Below, one piece after another: positions 11,031 to 12,837 of a DNA stretch of 12,837 nt. Numbering within the stretch: position 1 is the stretch's first letter; each line of letters opens with the position of its first letter. The notes beneath the pieces are model-generated. The model searched no databases. It was not told the origin of the DNA and worked only from the letters and a program-made list of their open reading frames with translations. Source of the DNA: Polyangiaceae bacterium (GTDB lineage Bacteria; Myxococcota_A; Polyangia; Polyangiales; Polyangiaceae). The stretch lies in contig JBGANF010000185.1 of NCBI GenBank assembly GCA_044222475.1, positions 1 to 12,837 on the forward strand. Direction: 5' to 3'. The position numbers and the translations under genes are program-made.

Positions 11031-12478
11031 TTGCCACCTGCCTTCGGAGCCGACGACGCGGGGGCCGCCGCGGGCGCGGGTGGCTTCACCTCCACGCGGG
11101 ACATCCGATCGTTCACGAGGTACTTCGCCGCGACCTTCATGATGTCGGCCTTGGTGACCGCGAAGTAGCGGTCGAGCTCGCCGGTGAGGAGGTTCGCGTC
11201 GCCGAAGAAGAGCTCGTACTCGCCGAGCTTCTGCGCGCGGGCGATGTTGGACTGCAGGCCGAGGAGGAAGTGCGCCTCGAGCCGGGCCTGGAGCTTCTTC
11301 ATCTCTTCGTCGGTCGGGCCGGTCGCCTTGATGCGCGCGAGCTCGGCGAAGAGCGCCTTCTCGACTGCGGCGGGCGTCGACGAGCTCGCGACCTTCACCG
11401 AGATCTCGAACATGTCGGGGCCGCGCTGGTCGTTCGTCGAGGCGTCGACGCCGGAGGCGATGGCCTTGTCGCGGACGAGGGTCGCGTTGAGGCGCGAGCT
11501 CTCGCCGTCGCCGAGGAGCATCGCGAGCAGCTCGAGCGGGTAGTGCTCGACGTCGCGCATCGGCGGGATCGCCCAGCCGTAGAGGATCGCGGGGAAGCGC
11601 GCGTGGGTGTCCTCGACGAGGGCGTCGCGTTGGCCCTTCTGGACCGCCATCGTACCAGGTTGGTACGGCGGGATCTGCGGCTGCGGCTTCGCGTCGCCGA
11701 AGTGCTTGCGGACGAGGGTCATCGCCTCGTCGGGGTCGAAGTCGCCGGTGATCACGAGCACCGCGTTGTTCGGCGCGTAGTACGCGTCGTGGAACGCGCG
11801 GACCCAGTCGAGCTGGGCGGCGTCGAGGTCGGCCATGTTGCCGATGGCGCTGTGCTCGTAGGGGAAATACCCCTGGAACACGAGCTCCTGGAGCCGGATC
11901 TCCGAGGGCCGGTAGGGCACGTTCTCGACGCGCATCCGGTACTCCTCTTTGACGACCGCGCGCTGGTTCTCGAAGTTTTGGGCCGAGACGTCGAGGGACT
12001 TCATGCGGTCGGCTTCGAGCCAGATCGCGAGGCCGAGCTCGCTCTGGGGGAGCATCTCGAAGTAGTTCGTGCGGTCCTCGCTGGTCGTGCCGTTGAGCAT
12101 CCCGCCGTGGCTGGTCACGAGCTTGAAGTGCTGCCCGCGCGGCACGTTGGCCGAGCCTTGGAACATCATGTGCTCGAAGAGGTGGGCGAAGCCGGAGTGG
12201 CCGCGGACCTCGTTGCGGCCGCCCACGTCGTAGACGACGTCGACCGCGACGGTGGGCGATGCGTGATCGGGCGCGAGCACGATGCGAAGACCGTTGTCGA
12301 GCTTGGCGCGTCGGATGTCGAACCGGATGCGCGACGGCGCCGCCGGGGCCACGGCCGGAGCGACCACACCGGTCGCGGCTGGCTTCGGCGCGTCGGCGAG
12401 GGAGAGCGTGGGGATGAGGGCGAGACCGCAGGCGACGACGGTGAGGTGCCGGAGGCGTTGGGAAGGACGAGCACGCAT
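11027..12478 (-). CDS. M16B zinc peptidase, catalytic subunit with Sec signal peptide
   Basis: SGFAHLFEHMMFQGS (inverted HxxEH), NGTTSEDRTNY, VVKEE (third Zn ligand), YYAPNNAVLVITGD and LGDGESSRL. Start is ATG 12478 or 12496; the latter overlaps the start of the divergent gene. Confidence 0.92.
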   Translation of the reverse strand: MRARPSQRLRHLTVVACGLALIPTLSLADAPKPAATGVVAPAVAPAAPSRIRFDIRRAKLDNGLRIVLAPDHASPTVAVDVVYDVGGRNEVRGHSGFAHLFEHMMFQGSANVPRGQHFKLVTSHGGMLNGTTSEDRTNYFEMLPQSELGLAIWLEADRMKSLDVSAQNFENQRAVVKEEYRMRVENVPYRPSEIRLQELVFQGYFPYEHSAIGNMADLDAAQLDWVRAFHDAYYAPNNAVLVITGDFDPDEAMTLVRKHFGDAKPQPQIPPYQPGTMAVQKGQRDALVEDTHARFPAILYGWAIPPMRDVEHYPLELLAMLLGDGESSRLNATLVRDKAIASGVDASTNDQRGPDMFEISVKVASSSTPAAVEKALFAELARIKATGPTDEEMKKLQARLEAHFLLGLQSNIARAQKLGEYELFFGDANLLTGELDRYFAVTKADIMKVAAKYLVNDRMSRVEVKPPAPAAAPASSAPKAGGK

Positions 12479-12494
12479 GGCTTTCACTCGTAGC

Positions 12495-12837
12495 ATGAGG
12501 TGGCTCGCGTTTCTCGGGGCGTTCGCGTCCTTCGCGTCGGGCTGTGCTTCGGTGCTCTATCAGCCGCCGAGCGGCGGGACCGCGACGCCGGCGGACGCGC
12601 GAGTCGTCGCCGCCACCGCGAGCGATGGCGCTCGGGTGCGGTCGCTGCTGTTCGGCGGAGGGTCGGACACGCTCCTGGTGCATTTCCATGGGAACAGCGG
12701 GGTCGCCGAAGGTGCGAGCGACGCGGCGCGGGTCTTCGCGGCGGCCGGGATCGACGTGTTGTTGGTAGAGTACCGGGGCTACGGCGCGTCGTCGAACGCG
12801 GGATCGCCGAACGAAGCGGGTCTCTATGCCGACGCCG
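12495..12837 (+). CDS. Alpha/beta-hydrolase fold protein (ABHD/BEM46-like), probable lipoprotein; 3' end lies outside the window
   Basis: Manual translation: MRWLAFLGAFASFASG-CASVLYQPP...TLLVHFHGNSG...GIDVLLVEYRGYGASS..GSPNEAGLYADA. The HGN and EYRGYG-S / P-E-GLY-DA motifs are typical of this family. The frame runs off the window, so it is absent from the ORF track. Confidence 0.88.
   Translation, partial: MRWLAFLGAFASFASGCASVLYQPPSGGTATPADARVVAATASDGARVRSLLFGGGSDTLLVHFHGNSGVAEGASDAARVFAAAGIDVLLVEYRGYGASSNAGSPNEAGLYADA

Noticed and set aside
11031..12689. N-terminal extension making the 1061-aa ORF 9504-12689 (possible fusion or frameshift of the two M16 genes)
   Set aside because: The extension is an Arg-rich off-frame reading of the upstream peptidase gene. 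The GTGA overlap and the signal peptide at 11030 indicate two separate genes.

Overview
Very GC-rich bacterial DNA. The gene content (Cys-rich lipoproteins, eukaryote-like Ser/Thr kinase, choice-of-anchor-Q-type protein) suggests a myxobacterium, probably Polyangiaceae/Labilithrix-like; this is inference. Nine plausible CDSs in order: 5'-truncated Cys-rich protein (+), small Pro/Thr-linker lipoprotein (-), small catalase-related heme protein (+), Pmp-like beta-helix lipoprotein (+), zinc-ribbon Ser/Thr kinase lacking the glycine-rich loop (-), class II B12-dependent ribonucleotide reductase NrdJ (-), a translationally coupled M16B peptidase pair (-), and a 3'-truncated alpha/beta-hydrolase lipoprotein (+) that is missing from the ORF track. 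The non-coding DNA is the most interesting part. It has three ~110-135 bp imperfect palindromes just downstream of stop codons, two of them diverged copies of one element with an identical 14-nt loop core and mirrored arm changes. It also has a tandem NrdR-box pair overlapping a predicted nrdJ promoter, a ~390 nt hairpin-rich nrdJ leader, and several apparent leaderless promoters. I see no CRISPR array, transposase, RNA gene or clear new multi-gene system; the region is mostly housekeeping/accessory genes.
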